DNA from: an uncultured Acidobacteriota bacterium
Lineage (GTDB): Bacteria > Acidobacteriota > Thermoanaerobaculia > Multivoradales > UBA5704
Direction: 5' to 3'
Assembly: GCA_963700145.1 (NCBI GenBank)
Contig: OY969474.1
Coordinates: 2,624,001-2,688,000, forward strand
DNA: 64,000 bases
Shown here: in pieces, positions 45,432 through 53,788 of the stretch
Layout: each line of letters starts with the position of its first letter
Position numbering within the stretch: position 1 is the stretch's first letter
Position numbers and translations under genes: made by a program
The notes under the pieces: model-generated
Told to the model about the DNA's origin: nothing
Database searches by the model: none
The model's input: only the letters and a program-made list of their open reading frames with translations

Positions 45432-46583
45432 ATGCGCTGGTTCGGGAGGAGGGAGCGCGAGCCGGACGAGGAGATGGAGCGCCGTCTCCTCGCCACGACG
45501 GCGGAGCTGCGCCGCCGGCAGGCGGAGACCGACGCCGTGCTCGGCGGCATCGTCGAGGGGGTCTACTCGGTCGACCGCGACCGCCGCGTCCGGTACCTCA
45601 ACCCGCAGGCGGCGGAGCTCCTCGGCGTCACCCGGGAGGAGGCGCTCGGCCGTTTCTGCGGCGACCTCCTGAACCCGCAGGGCCCGGACGGCGTCCGCCC
45701 CTGCGAGACGAGCTGCCCGATCGTCCACGCGCGCTCGCGCGGCAGCTCGCGCGCCACCGAGCAGCTCCTGCTGCCCGGCGGCGGCCGGCGCACCGTCGTC
45801 CTGACCAGCGCGCCGCCGGCCGAAGGCAGGCAGGTGCAGGTGCTGCGCGACGAGACGGAGGTCGAGGCCAGCCGCCGCCAGCGCGACGCCGTCCTCGCCA
45901 ACATCTCGCACGAGTTCAAGACCCCGCTCGCCGCCCAGCTCGCCTCGATCGAGCTGCTGCGCGACAGCCTGGAGGCCGGTGACGGCGCCGGCAGCCGCCA
46001 GCTCGTCACCGCGCTGGCGCGCGGCACGCTGCGGTTGACACGGCTAGTGGACAACCTGCTCGAGAGCGTGCGCATCGAGGCCGGCCAGGACGCCCTGCGC
46101 CTGCGGCCCGTGGCGGTCGACCAGGTCGTCGAGGAGGCGGTCGAGCTGACGGCGCCGCTGCTCGAGCAGCGCGGCCAGCGGCTCGCGGTCGAGCTCCCCT
46201 TCCCGCTGCCGCGGGTGCAGGCCGACCCGCCGCGTCTGGTCCAGGTCTTCGTCAACCTCCTCGCCAACGCCAACAAGTTCGCGCCCGCCGAGTCGACGGT
46301 GCGGATCGGCGGCGAAGCGACCGACGGCACGGTGACGCTTTGGGTGGAGGACGAGGGGCCGGGGGTGCCGGCGCCGGCGGAGGGCTCGATCTTCGACCGC
46401 TTCTACCGCGCCGGCGGCGAGCCGGAGCAGACCGGCTTGGGGCTCGGGCTCTGGATCGTCAAGTCGATCGTTGAGCGGCACGGCGGCCAAGTCGCCGCCG
46501 CGAGCGGCGGCCGCGAGGGGCGCGGCGCCCGCCTCTGCGTCACCCTGCGGCGAGCGGCGGACGATGAAGATCCTGGTCGTTGA
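45432..46583 (+). CDS. Cytoplasmic PAS histidine kinase
   Basis: PAS with C-x14-C-x3-CP, SHEFKTPL, NLLANANKF, DEGPG, GLGLGL; no TM segment. Confidence 0.9.
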   Translation: MRWFGRREREPDEEMERRLLATTAELRRRQAETDAVLGGIVEGVYSVDRDRRVRYLNPQAAELLGVTREEALGRFCGDLLNPQGPDGVRPCETSCPIVHARSRGSSRATEQLLLPGGGRRTVVLTSAPPAEGRQVQVLRDETEVEASRRQRDAVLANISHEFKTPLAAQLASIELLRDSLEAGDGAGSRQLVTALARGTLRLTRLVDNLLESVRIEAGQDALRLRPVAVDQVVEEAVELTAPLLEQRGQRLAVELPFPLPRVQADPPRLVQVFVNLLANANKFAPAESTVRIGGEATDGTVTLWVEDEGPGVPAPAEGSIFDRFYRAGGEPEQTGLGLGLWIVKSIVERHGGQVAAASGGREGRGARLCVTLRRAADDEDPGR

Positions 46584-47271
46584 CGACGACCTCGACCTGC
46601 TGGGGCTGGTGTCCTACGCGCTGCGGCAGGGCGGCTACCTGACGGTCGAGGCGGTGGACGGCGAGGCCGCCCTCGCCGCCTGGGAGCGCGAGCGCCCCGA
46701 CCTGGTGATCCTCGACGTCAACCTGCCGAAGCTCTCCGGCTTCGCCGTCCTCGAGCGGCTGCGGGCGAAGTCGCGCGTGCCGGTCATGATGCTCACCGTG
46801 CGGGCGGCGGAGGAGGACGTCGTGCGCGGCCTCGACCTGGGCGCCGACGACTACCTGGCCAAGCCCTTCAGCCCGCGGACGCTGCTGGCCCGGGTGCGGG
46901 CGCTGCTGCGGCGGGTGGGAGTCGAGAAGCCCGGCGAGCTGGCGGCAGGGGACCTGGCGCTCGACCAGGAGCAGCACTTGGTACGGGTGCGCGGCGGACA
47001 AGCGGTGCGCCTGACGCCGTTGGAGGCGCGTCTCCTCCAACTCCTCCTAGCCAACGCCGGCCGCGCCCTCCCCGCCGAGCGCCTCCTGTCCCACGTCTGG
47101 GGCCGCCGCGGCGAAGGCGACCGCCAGCTCCTCAAACAGCTCGTCCACCGGCTGCGGCAGAAGATCGAAGAGAACCCCGCGGCACCGCGGTATCTGCAGA
47201 CGGAAAGCGGGGTCGGGTACCGGCTGGAGCCTGGGTCTCCGTCATCCTCGAACTCGGGACTACCGCGATGA
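46564..47271 (+). CDS. OmpR-family response regulator
   Basis: ILVVDDD, LDVNLP, GADDYLAKPF, RLRQKIE, GVGY. Confidence 0.93.
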   Translation: MKILVVDDDLDLLGLVSYALRQGGYLTVEAVDGEAALAAWERERPDLVILDVNLPKLSGFAVLERLRAKSRVPVMMLTVRAAEEDVVRGLDLGADDYLAKPFSPRTLLARVRALLRRVGVEKPGELAAGDLALDQEQHLVRVRGGQAVRLTPLEARLLQLLLANAGRALPAERLLSHVWGRRGEGDRQLLKQLVHRLRQKIEENPAAPRYLQTESGVGYRLEPGSPSSSNSGLPR

Positions 47272-47738
47272 AGCCGAGGGTCTACGTAGAAACCAGCGTG
47301 ATCAGCTACCTGGCGGCGATGCCGAGCCGTGACGTCGTCACCTTGGCGCATCAGCAGCTCACGTTCGAATGGTGGTCAGAGAGCGGCCGCTTCGATCTCT
47401 ACGTCTCGGACGCAGTTCTCGCCGAAGCTGCGCGCGGCGATCCTGCAGCTGCGGCACGCCGCGTCGCGGTGCTTCAGGATCTCCCGGTACTCGAGGTGAC
47501 ACGAGAGGTGTCGGAGCTCGCCGGTCGATTTCTGAATGCCGGTGTGCTGCCTGCGGCGGCCTTGGTGGACGCGGTTCACGTCGCCGCTGCCGTCGTCCAC
47601 GGAATGGACTACCTGCTGACCTGGAACTGCGCGCACATTGCCAACGCTGCGGTTCGTGCTAGCTTGGAAAGAGCGTGCCGGGAATACGGTTTCGAGCCGC
47701 CGATCATCTGCACGCCCGAGGAGCTCACGGAGGGCTGA
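47268..47738 (+). CDS. PIN-domain (VapC-like) toxin
   Basis: VYVETSVISY, DAVHVAAA, LLTWNCAHIAN, ICTPEEL. Confidence 0.88.
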   Translation: MKPRVYVETSVISYLAAMPSRDVVTLAHQQLTFEWWSESGRFDLYVSDAVLAEAARGDPAAAARRVAVLQDLPVLEVTREVSELAGRFLNAGVLPAAALVDAVHVAAAVVHGMDYLLTWNCAHIANAAVRASLERACREYGFEPPIICTPEELTEG

Positions 47739-47741
47739 CGC

Positions 47742-47927
47742 ATGGAGCGAGATCCGATCGTCGAGGAAGTGCGCGCGATTCGAGACGCCTTCGCGCGCGA
47801 GCACGGCTACGATCTGGAGTCGATCGTGACCGCCCTCCAGGAGGAGCGCGCGAAGAGCGGACGCCAGGCTATTTCCCTGCCGCCAAAGCGACTGCAGAAG
47901 ACCAAGGCCGAGCGCAAGGCCGGCTGA
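47742..47927 (+). CDS. Small PIN-associated protein (putative antitoxin, downstream of toxin)
   Basis: 61 aa, DPIVEEVRAIR...HGYDL pattern typical of partners of this PIN subfamily. Confidence 0.7.
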   Translation: MERDPIVEEVRAIRDAFAREHGYDLESIVTALQEERAKSGRQAISLPPKRLQKTKAERKAG

Positions 47928-47944
47928 CGCGACCGAAGAATGCC

Positions 47945-48340
47945 CCGAGCGGGTTGCCGGGAAGAGCCTCGGAGCAAGCGTCCGACACGCTCCGTCAAAC
48001 GGGAAAACGTCCGAGACAAGTGGGAATCAGGCCGGTACGAGCGGGAATCGTAAAAGTACGCGGTACCGCAGGCCGAGGCAAACGGGAGTTGTAAAAGTAC
48101 GTCTGTACCGAAGCCTGGGGCAAGCGGGAATCGTAAAAGTACGGCGTCCTTTCCCGATTCCCGCTTGTACCGAGCGTTTCCCCTCTTGTACGGAGCATTT
48201 TACCGCTTGCACGGGGCGTGAGTCCGTTCGTCCCCGGCCTTTTCCCCTTTGCACCGGCCGTGCGGGCGTTTGACAGGAGCCTTGGCCCGTTTGCTCCGGG
48301 CCTGCGGACGATCGTCCCGCGCCGCGGGGCGCTTGCTCTA
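47945..48340. repeat. 21/42-bp-period degenerate array with inverted second half (array 3)
   Basis: CAAGCG/CAAACG/CAAGTG/CGAGCG at 47975, 47996, 48017, 48038; CGGGARTYGTAAAAGTACG x3 at 41-42 bp spacing; CAAGCGGGAATCG (48121) mirrored by CGATTCCCGCTTG (48155), then inverted 21-bp units. Confidence 0.8.
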
Positions 48341-48351
48341 GGAGGTTCCCC

Positions 48352-49362
48352 TCAGCTCCCCACCAGCCGGCTGAACTCCGGGCGGGTGAACTTGCCGTCC
48401 TGGTAGTAGCCGCTGTTGATCAGCAGGTCGAGCTGCGGCGGCGCCGCGAAGCCGCCGACGAGGAAGAGCGAGGTGGAGTCGGCCGGGACGAGCCCGCCGT
48501 GGCGGATGCCGCAGGGGGCCAGGGTGCAGTCGTAGGAGTGGGTGGGGAGCCAGCGGTCGCCGATCCAGACCTGGTCGCCGCCGAACCAGTTGACCACGCA
48601 CTCGTCCGACACCGGATGGGTGTGGATGTCGGCCGTCACCCCCGCCGCCATCGAGGAGAAGTTGAAGCCGGTGGCGCCGGTGCCGAAGCCGGCGAAGAGG
48701 ATGAGGAGCATGGCCGGCGGGCCTTCCGCCGCGCCTTGGACGAGGCCGGTCAGGGCGCCGCCGTAGAAGCAGTTGAAGAGCGCGCCGCCGCGCCGGATGT
48801 CGTCGTTGGCCAGGTTCCAGGCACGGACCTCGGAGTGGCTGTCGTGGAAGGCCATCTCGTTCTTGTTGGCGTACTCGACCCGCTTGGTGTTGAGCTTGGC
48901 GTAGTCGATGGCCTCGAAGTTCATCACCTTGTGAGTGGCGTCGTAGAAGCCCGCCGGCTGGTAGAGGTCGAACTGCGGCGGCGTGGTCTGGATCACCACG
49001 ACGAAATCGTCCGTGTTGTCGGCGGAGTTGCGCAGGCCGCGCTCGGTCGTCTGCGGGTAATAGACGATGTCCCCGGGCTCGACGTCGAGCCACTGCCCGC
49101 GCAGGTAGACCTCCCCCTTCCCCTTGAAGACGACGATCGCCTCCTCAGCCATGTCGTAGACCCAGCTCTCGCTCGCCTGCCCTGGCTTGACGGTCAGGAC
49201 GTGGACGGACTCGGTCAGGAAGCCGTTGCCCGGCCAGGCGATCGGCCGAGTGTCGATGCCGTGGGTCGTGATCGGGATGCCGTCGCCCAGGTTGCTGAGG
49301 GCGCCGAACTGCCGGATCTCGGTGTGCGTGAGGTATCTCTCCCAGTAGTCCTCGAGCTCCAT
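48352..49362 (-). CDS. Bicupin-domain protein
   Basis: EEAIVVFKGKG...VEPGDIVYYP (cupin 1, no His ligands); HTHPVSDE...APCGIRH (cupin 2 metal site). Confidence 0.75.
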   Translation of the reverse strand: MELEDYWERYLTHTEIRQFGALSNLGDGIPITTHGIDTRPIAWPGNGFLTESVHVLTVKPGQASESWVYDMAEEAIVVFKGKGEVYLRGQWLDVEPGDIVYYPQTTERGLRNSADNTDDFVVVIQTTPPQFDLYQPAGFYDATHKVMNFEAIDYAKLNTKRVEYANKNEMAFHDSHSEVRAWNLANDDIRRGGALFNCFYGGALTGLVQGAAEGPPAMLLILFAGFGTGATGFNFSSMAAGVTADIHTHPVSDECVVNWFGGDQVWIGDRWLPTHSYDCTLAPCGIRHGGLVPADSTSLFLVGGFAAPPQLDLLINSGYYQDGKFTRPEFSRLVGS

Positions 49363-49371
49363 GGCTCCTCC

Positions 49372-50160
49372 CTATCCTTCCCCTAGCTCCATGCCCATCA
49401 CGTGATAGCCGGCGTCGACGTAGACGGTCTCGCCGGTGATGCCGGCGGCCAGCGGCGACAGCAGGTAGAGGCCGAGGTTGCCGACGTCGTCCTGGGTGAC
49501 GTTGCGGCCGAGCGGCGCCAGCGCGGCGACGCGCTTGTACATCTGCATGAAGCCCGGGATGCTGCGCGCCGCCACCGTCCTCACCGGCCCGGCGGAGACG
49601 GCGTTGACCCGCACCCCCTTGGGCCCCAGCTCGTAGGCCAGGTAGCGGACGCTCGCCTCCAGCGCGCTCTTGGCGATCGCCATGACGTTGTACTTGGGGA
49701 CCACCTTCTCGGAGGCGTAGTAGGTGAGAGTGACGATGCCGCCCCCCTCGCGCAGCAGCGGCTCGGCGGCGCGCGCCGTCGCCACCAGGGAGTAGGCGGA
49801 GACCTCGAGGGCGGTGCGCCAGTCCTCGCGCGTCGTCTCGATGTAGCGCCCGTCCATCGCCGCGCGCGGCGCGAAGGCGATGGCGTGGACCAGGTAGTCG
49901 AGATGCCCCCAGGCCTCCTTGAGGTCGCCGAAGGTCGCGGCCAGCTCCGCTTCGCTGAGCACGTCGCACTGGTAGAGGCGGCGCCCGGGGAGGTCCTTGG
50001 TCAGCCCCTCGAGATCTTCCCGCAGCCGCTCCCCCTGGTAGCTGAAGGCGAGCTCCGCGCCGGCCTGGTGGAGCTTCTCGGCGATCGCCCAGCCGAGGCT
50101 GCGCGCGTTCGCGACGCCCATGACGAGGCCGCGCTTGCCCGTCAAATCGATGGGGATCAT
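49372..50160 (-). CDS. fabI: Enoyl-ACP reductase FabI
   Basis: GVANARSLGWAIA, HAIAFAP, YNVMAIAKSALE, SAGPVRT, YVDAGY. Confidence 0.93.
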   Translation of the reverse strand: MIPIDLTGKRGLVMGVANARSLGWAIAEKLHQAGAELAFSYQGERLREDLEGLTKDLPGRRLYQCDVLSEAELAATFGDLKEAWGHLDYLVHAIAFAPRAAMDGRYIETTREDWRTALEVSAYSLVATARAAEPLLREGGGIVTLTYYASEKVVPKYNVMAIAKSALEASVRYLAYELGPKGVRVNAVSAGPVRTVAARSIPGFMQMYKRVAALAPLGRNVTQDDVGNLGLYLLSPLAAGITGETVYVDAGYHVMGMELGEG

Positions 50161-50184
50161 GGCGCGCTACTCTAGCAGCCCGAA

Positions 50185-51192
50185 ATGGACCTCTTCGCTC
50201 TTACGCGCGCGCTGGTGGACATCGACTCGACGACCGGCCGCGAGCCGGCGGCGACGGAGCTCCTCGCCGGGTATTTGGAGCCCTTGACGCGCGACGACGG
50301 CGGCGTGCTGGAGCGCTGGCCGGTCGAGGGCGCGCGCGAGAACCTCTTCGCCGCCTGGGGCGAGCCGGTGGTCGTCCTCTCGACGCACCTCGACACGGTG
50401 CCGCCGTTCTTCCCCTCGTCGGAGGACGGCGAGCGGATCGGCGGCCGCGGCGCCTGCGACGCCAAGGGGATCGCGGCGGCGATGGTCAAGGCGGTCGAGG
50501 GCCTGCTGGCGGAGGGAGGGCGCGGCTTCGGGCTCCTCTTCGTCGTCGGCGAGGAGACCGACAGCGTCGGCGCCATCGCCGCCAACCGCACGCCGCGCGG
50601 CTCGCGCTTCCTGATCGACGGCGAGCCGACCGAGAACCGCCAGGTCGTCGGCCACCGCGGCGCGCTCTGGCTGGCGCTGGAGGCGGCGGGGCGGGCGGCC
50701 CACTCCTCCACTCCCGAGCTGGGGGACTCGGCGATCGAGCGGCTGCTCGACGGCCTGGCCGCGCTCCGCGCCCTGCCGCTCCCCGAGGACCCGCTGCTCG
50801 GCACGACGCTCCTCAACATCGGCACGATCGCCGGCGGCCGGGCGCCGAACGTGATCGCCGACGAGGCGCGCGCCGAGGTCATGCTGCGCACGGTCGGCGA
50901 CACGACGGAGTGGAAGCGGGCGCTGCGGGCGGCGCTCGGGCCGAGCGGCGTGCGGGTGGCGGACGAGCGGGAGATCCCGCCGATCGTGATGCGGCCGCTG
51001 CCCGGCTTCCCGACCGAGGTCGTCCGCTTCACCACCGACATCCCGCGCCTCTCGGCCTGGGGGGAGCCGTTCCTCCTCGGGCCAGGGAGCGTGCGTCTCG
51101 CTCACACGGCGGAGGAGCACGTAGAGAAGAGGGAGCTGGTCGAGGCGGTGGGGCTCTATCAGAGGATGGTGCGCTTGCTGCAAGCGGAGTGA
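50185..51192 (+). CDS. M20 metallohydrolase (ArgE/DapE family)
   Basis: STHLDTVPP, GRGACDAKG, VGEE, DGEPT, GRAAHS, AHTAEE; first gene of the dap operon. Confidence 0.88.
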   Translation: MDLFALTRALVDIDSTTGREPAATELLAGYLEPLTRDDGGVLERWPVEGARENLFAAWGEPVVVLSTHLDTVPPFFPSSEDGERIGGRGACDAKGIAAAMVKAVEGLLAEGGRGFGLLFVVGEETDSVGAIAANRTPRGSRFLIDGEPTENRQVVGHRGALWLALEAAGRAAHSSTPELGDSAIERLLDGLAALRALPLPEDPLLGTTLLNIGTIAGGRAPNVIADEARAEVMLRTVGDTTEWKRALRAALGPSGVRVADEREIPPIVMRPLPGFPTEVVRFTTDIPRLSAWGEPFLLGPGSVRLAHTAEEHVEKRELVEAVGLYQRMVRLLQAE

Positions 51193-51210
51193 CGGCGGAG
51201 GGGAAGCGCG

Positions 51211-52275
51211 ATGGCAGCGGACGCGGCACACGGCAAGATCGAGGTGGGCATCCTGGGGGCGACGGGGACCGTCGGCCAGCGCTTCGTGCGCCTCCTCGAA
51301 GATCACCCCTGGTTCGTTCTCCGCTGGGTGGCGGCGAGCGACCGCAGCGCCGGCAAGCGCTACGCCGAGGCCATGACCTGGCAGCTCGAAGGGGCGCCGC
51401 CGGCGGGGGCCGCCGACCTCCGCCTCGACGACTGCACACCCGGGCGCGCGCCGCGCCTCGTCTTCTCCTCGATGAGCTCGGACGTGGCCGGCGAGATCGA
51501 GCGCGCCTTCGCCGCCGCCGGGCACGTCGTGGTCTCCAACTCCAGCAGCTACCGCATGACCCCGGACGTGCCGCTCCTGGTGCCCGAGATCAACCCCGGG
51601 CACCTCGGCCTCCTGCCGGCGCAGCGGCGCGAGCGCGGCTGGGAGGGGGCGCTGGTCTGCAACCCCAACTGCGCCGCAGTGGTGCTGGTGATGGCGCTGG
51701 CGCCGCTGGCGCGTTTCGGCCTGCGGCGCGTGGTGGCGACGACCTTCCAGGCGGTCTCCGGCGCCGGCTACCCCGGGGTGCCGTCGCTCGACGCGCTCGG
51801 CAACGTCATCCCCTTCATCCGCGGCGAGGAGGAGAAGCTCGAGCCCGAGACGCAGAAGATCCTCGGCAGCCTCGACGGCGACCGCGTGCGGCCCTTTCCG
51901 GTGACCGTCTCGGCGCACTGCAACCGGGTGCCGTCGCTCGACGGCCACCTGGTGGCGGCGAGCGTCGAGCTGGAGGAGAAGCCGCCGCTCGACGTGGTGC
52001 GCGCCGCCCTCTGCGCCTTCCGCGGCCTGCCGCAGGAGCGCCGGTTGCCGTCGGCGCCGGAGCGGCCGATCCACCTGCTCGACGCCCCCGATCGCCCCCA
52101 GCCGCGCCGCGACGCAGGGCTCGAGAACGGCATGGCCACCGCCGTCGGGCGGGTGCGCGAGTGCCCGGTGCTGGGCTACAAATTCGTGGCGCTGTCGCAC
52201 AACGTCCTGCGCGGCGCCGCGGGGGCGGCGGTATTGAATGCCGAATTGATGCACTCGGAAGGGCTGCTCGAATGA
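51211..52275 (+). CDS. asd: Aspartate-semialdehyde dehydrogenase
   Basis: LGATGTVGQRF, NPNC, QAVSGAG, EEEK, CNRVP..DGH, HNVLRGAAG. Confidence 0.95.
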   Translation: MAADAAHGKIEVGILGATGTVGQRFVRLLEDHPWFVLRWVAASDRSAGKRYAEAMTWQLEGAPPAGAADLRLDDCTPGRAPRLVFSSMSSDVAGEIERAFAAAGHVVVSNSSSYRMTPDVPLLVPEINPGHLGLLPAQRRERGWEGALVCNPNCAAVVLVMALAPLARFGLRRVVATTFQAVSGAGYPGVPSLDALGNVIPFIRGEEEKLEPETQKILGSLDGDRVRPFPVTVSAHCNRVPSLDGHLVAASVELEEKPPLDVVRAALCAFRGLPQERRLPSAPERPIHLLDAPDRPQPRRDAGLENGMATAVGRVRECPVLGYKFVALSHNVLRGAAGAAVLNAELMHSEGLLE

Positions 52276-52282
52276 AGAGCGC

Positions 52283-52373
52283 TGTCATCCTGAGCGCAGC
52301 GAAGGATCTGGGGGCGGGAAGGTCGTGCACCGCCTCCCCCCGCCCAGATCCCTCGCTTTCGCTCGGGATGACA
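52283..52373. repeat. Second REP family (GTCATCCTGAGCGCAGCGAAGGATCT), inverted doublet
   Basis: TGTCATCCTGAGCGCAGCGAAGGATCTGGG...CCCAGATCCCTCGCTTTCGCTCGGGATGACA. Confidence 0.85.
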
Positions 52374-52405
52374 TGCAAGGGGAACCCCGAGAGGCTGAAA
52401 GTTCC

Positions 52406-53788
52406 ATGATCGTCATGAAGTTCGGCGGCAGCTCGGTGGAGGCGGCGCCGGCCATCGAGCGGGTGGTGGGGATCGTGCGGGCGCGGCTCGGGCGGCGGCC
52501 GGTGGTGGTGGTGTCGGCGATGGGGAAGACGACGCGGCGGCTGCTCGAGATCGGCGACGCTGCGGCGCGCGGCGACCTTGGGCGCGCCCTCGAGCTGGTG
52601 GACGAGCTGCGCGACTTCCACGCCCGCGAGGCGGCGGCGGTGACGGCGGAGGCCGACCGCGCGCGCCTCGACGCCGCCCTCGCCGGCCGCTTCGGCCAGC
52701 TCCGCCAGACGGTCTCCGAGATCGTCGCCGCGCGGGCGCTGGCGCCGCGGCTGGCCGACGAGGTCGCCGCCTACGGCGAGCTGCTGGCGAGCGAGGTCCT
52801 GACCCTGGCGTTGCGGCGCGGCGGCGTGGACGCCGCCTTCCTCGACTGCCGGCGCCTGATCGTCACCGACGACCGCTTCACCCGCGCCGAGCCGCTCTAC
52901 GAGGCGACCGACGAGCGCCTGCGCGCCGCGGTGCCGCCGCTGGTCGACGCCGGCCAGGTGCCTGTCCTCGGCGGCTACGTCGGCGCGACGGAGGAAGGGG
53001 TGACGACGACGCTCGGGCGCGAGGGCTCGGACTTCACGGCGGCAATCGTCGGCGCCGCGCTCGACGCCGAGGAGGTGCAGATCTGGACCGACGTCGAGGG
53101 CATGCTCACCACCGACCCGCGCCTGGTGCCGGCGGCGCGGCTCATCCGCACGCTCTCCTTCGCCGAGGCACTGGAGCTGGCCTCGGCCGGCGCCAAGGTG
53201 CTCCACCCCGGCACGCTCGGGCCGGCCGGGCGCAAGGGGCTGCCGGTGCGGATCCTGAGCTCGCGCCGGCCGGTTGATCCGAGCCGGGGCTCAGACGACG
53301 GCGCCGGCACGCTGATCGGCCGGCGCGGCGCGGCGCCGCCGCACGTCAAGTCGATCGCCTTCCGGCGCAACGCCTACCTGCTGCGGGTGACTTTCGAAGA
53401 CGGCGCGGCGATGCGCGATCTGGCGAGGCTCCTGGCGCCCACCGTTCTCTGGCTGGGGGAGGAAGGAGGGGCGGCGCTCCTGGCGCTCGATCGCGCGGAC
53501 CGGCTCCCCGAGGTCCTCGACCAGCTCCTGCAAGTCGCGCGCGTCGAGGTGCAGCCGGGCCGGCCGGTGGTGTCGCTGGTTTCGGAGGACCTCGCCGATC
53601 ACGGCCCGCTCGCCGGCGAGATCCTGGAGGCCGCCGCGGCGGCGGGCGCTCGCGAGGCGCGTCTGGTCGCCGATGGTGCCGCCTGCGCCGCCGTGCGGGT
53701 CCTCGCGGACGAGGAGGGCATGGCGGACCTCGTCGCCGCTCTCCACCAGAAAGTCTTCGCCAGCTCCTCCGGGGAGGCGGTGCCGTGA
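52406..53788 (+). CDS. lysC: Aspartate kinase (divergent C-terminal ACT region)
   Basis: MKFGGSSV, VVSAMGKTT, TTLGREGSDFTA, IWTDVEG, GAKVLHP. Confidence 0.92.
   Translation: MIVMKFGGSSVEAAPAIERVVGIVRARLGRRPVVVVSAMGKTTRRLLEIGDAAARGDLGRALELVDELRDFHAREAAAVTAEADRARLDAALAGRFGQLRQTVSEIVAARALAPRLADEVAAYGELLASEVLTLALRRGGVDAAFLDCRRLIVTDDRFTRAEPLYEATDERLRAAVPPLVDAGQVPVLGGYVGATEEGVTTTLGREGSDFTAAIVGAALDAEEVQIWTDVEGMLTTDPRLVPAARLIRTLSFAEALELASAGAKVLHPGTLGPAGRKGLPVRILSSRRPVDPSRGSDDGAGTLIGRRGAAPPHVKSIAFRRNAYLLRVTFEDGAAMRDLARLLAPTVLWLGEEGGAALLALDRADRLPEVLDQLLQVARVEVQPGRPVVSLVSEDLADHGPLAGEILEAAAAAGAREARLVADGAACAAVRVLADEEGMADLVAALHQKVFASSSGEAVP

Noticed and set aside
52276-52405. Lysine riboswitch or attenuator upstream of lysC
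   Set aside because: The structured region is explained by a REP doublet that recurs at 54488; it is too short and has no recognisable L-box motifs.
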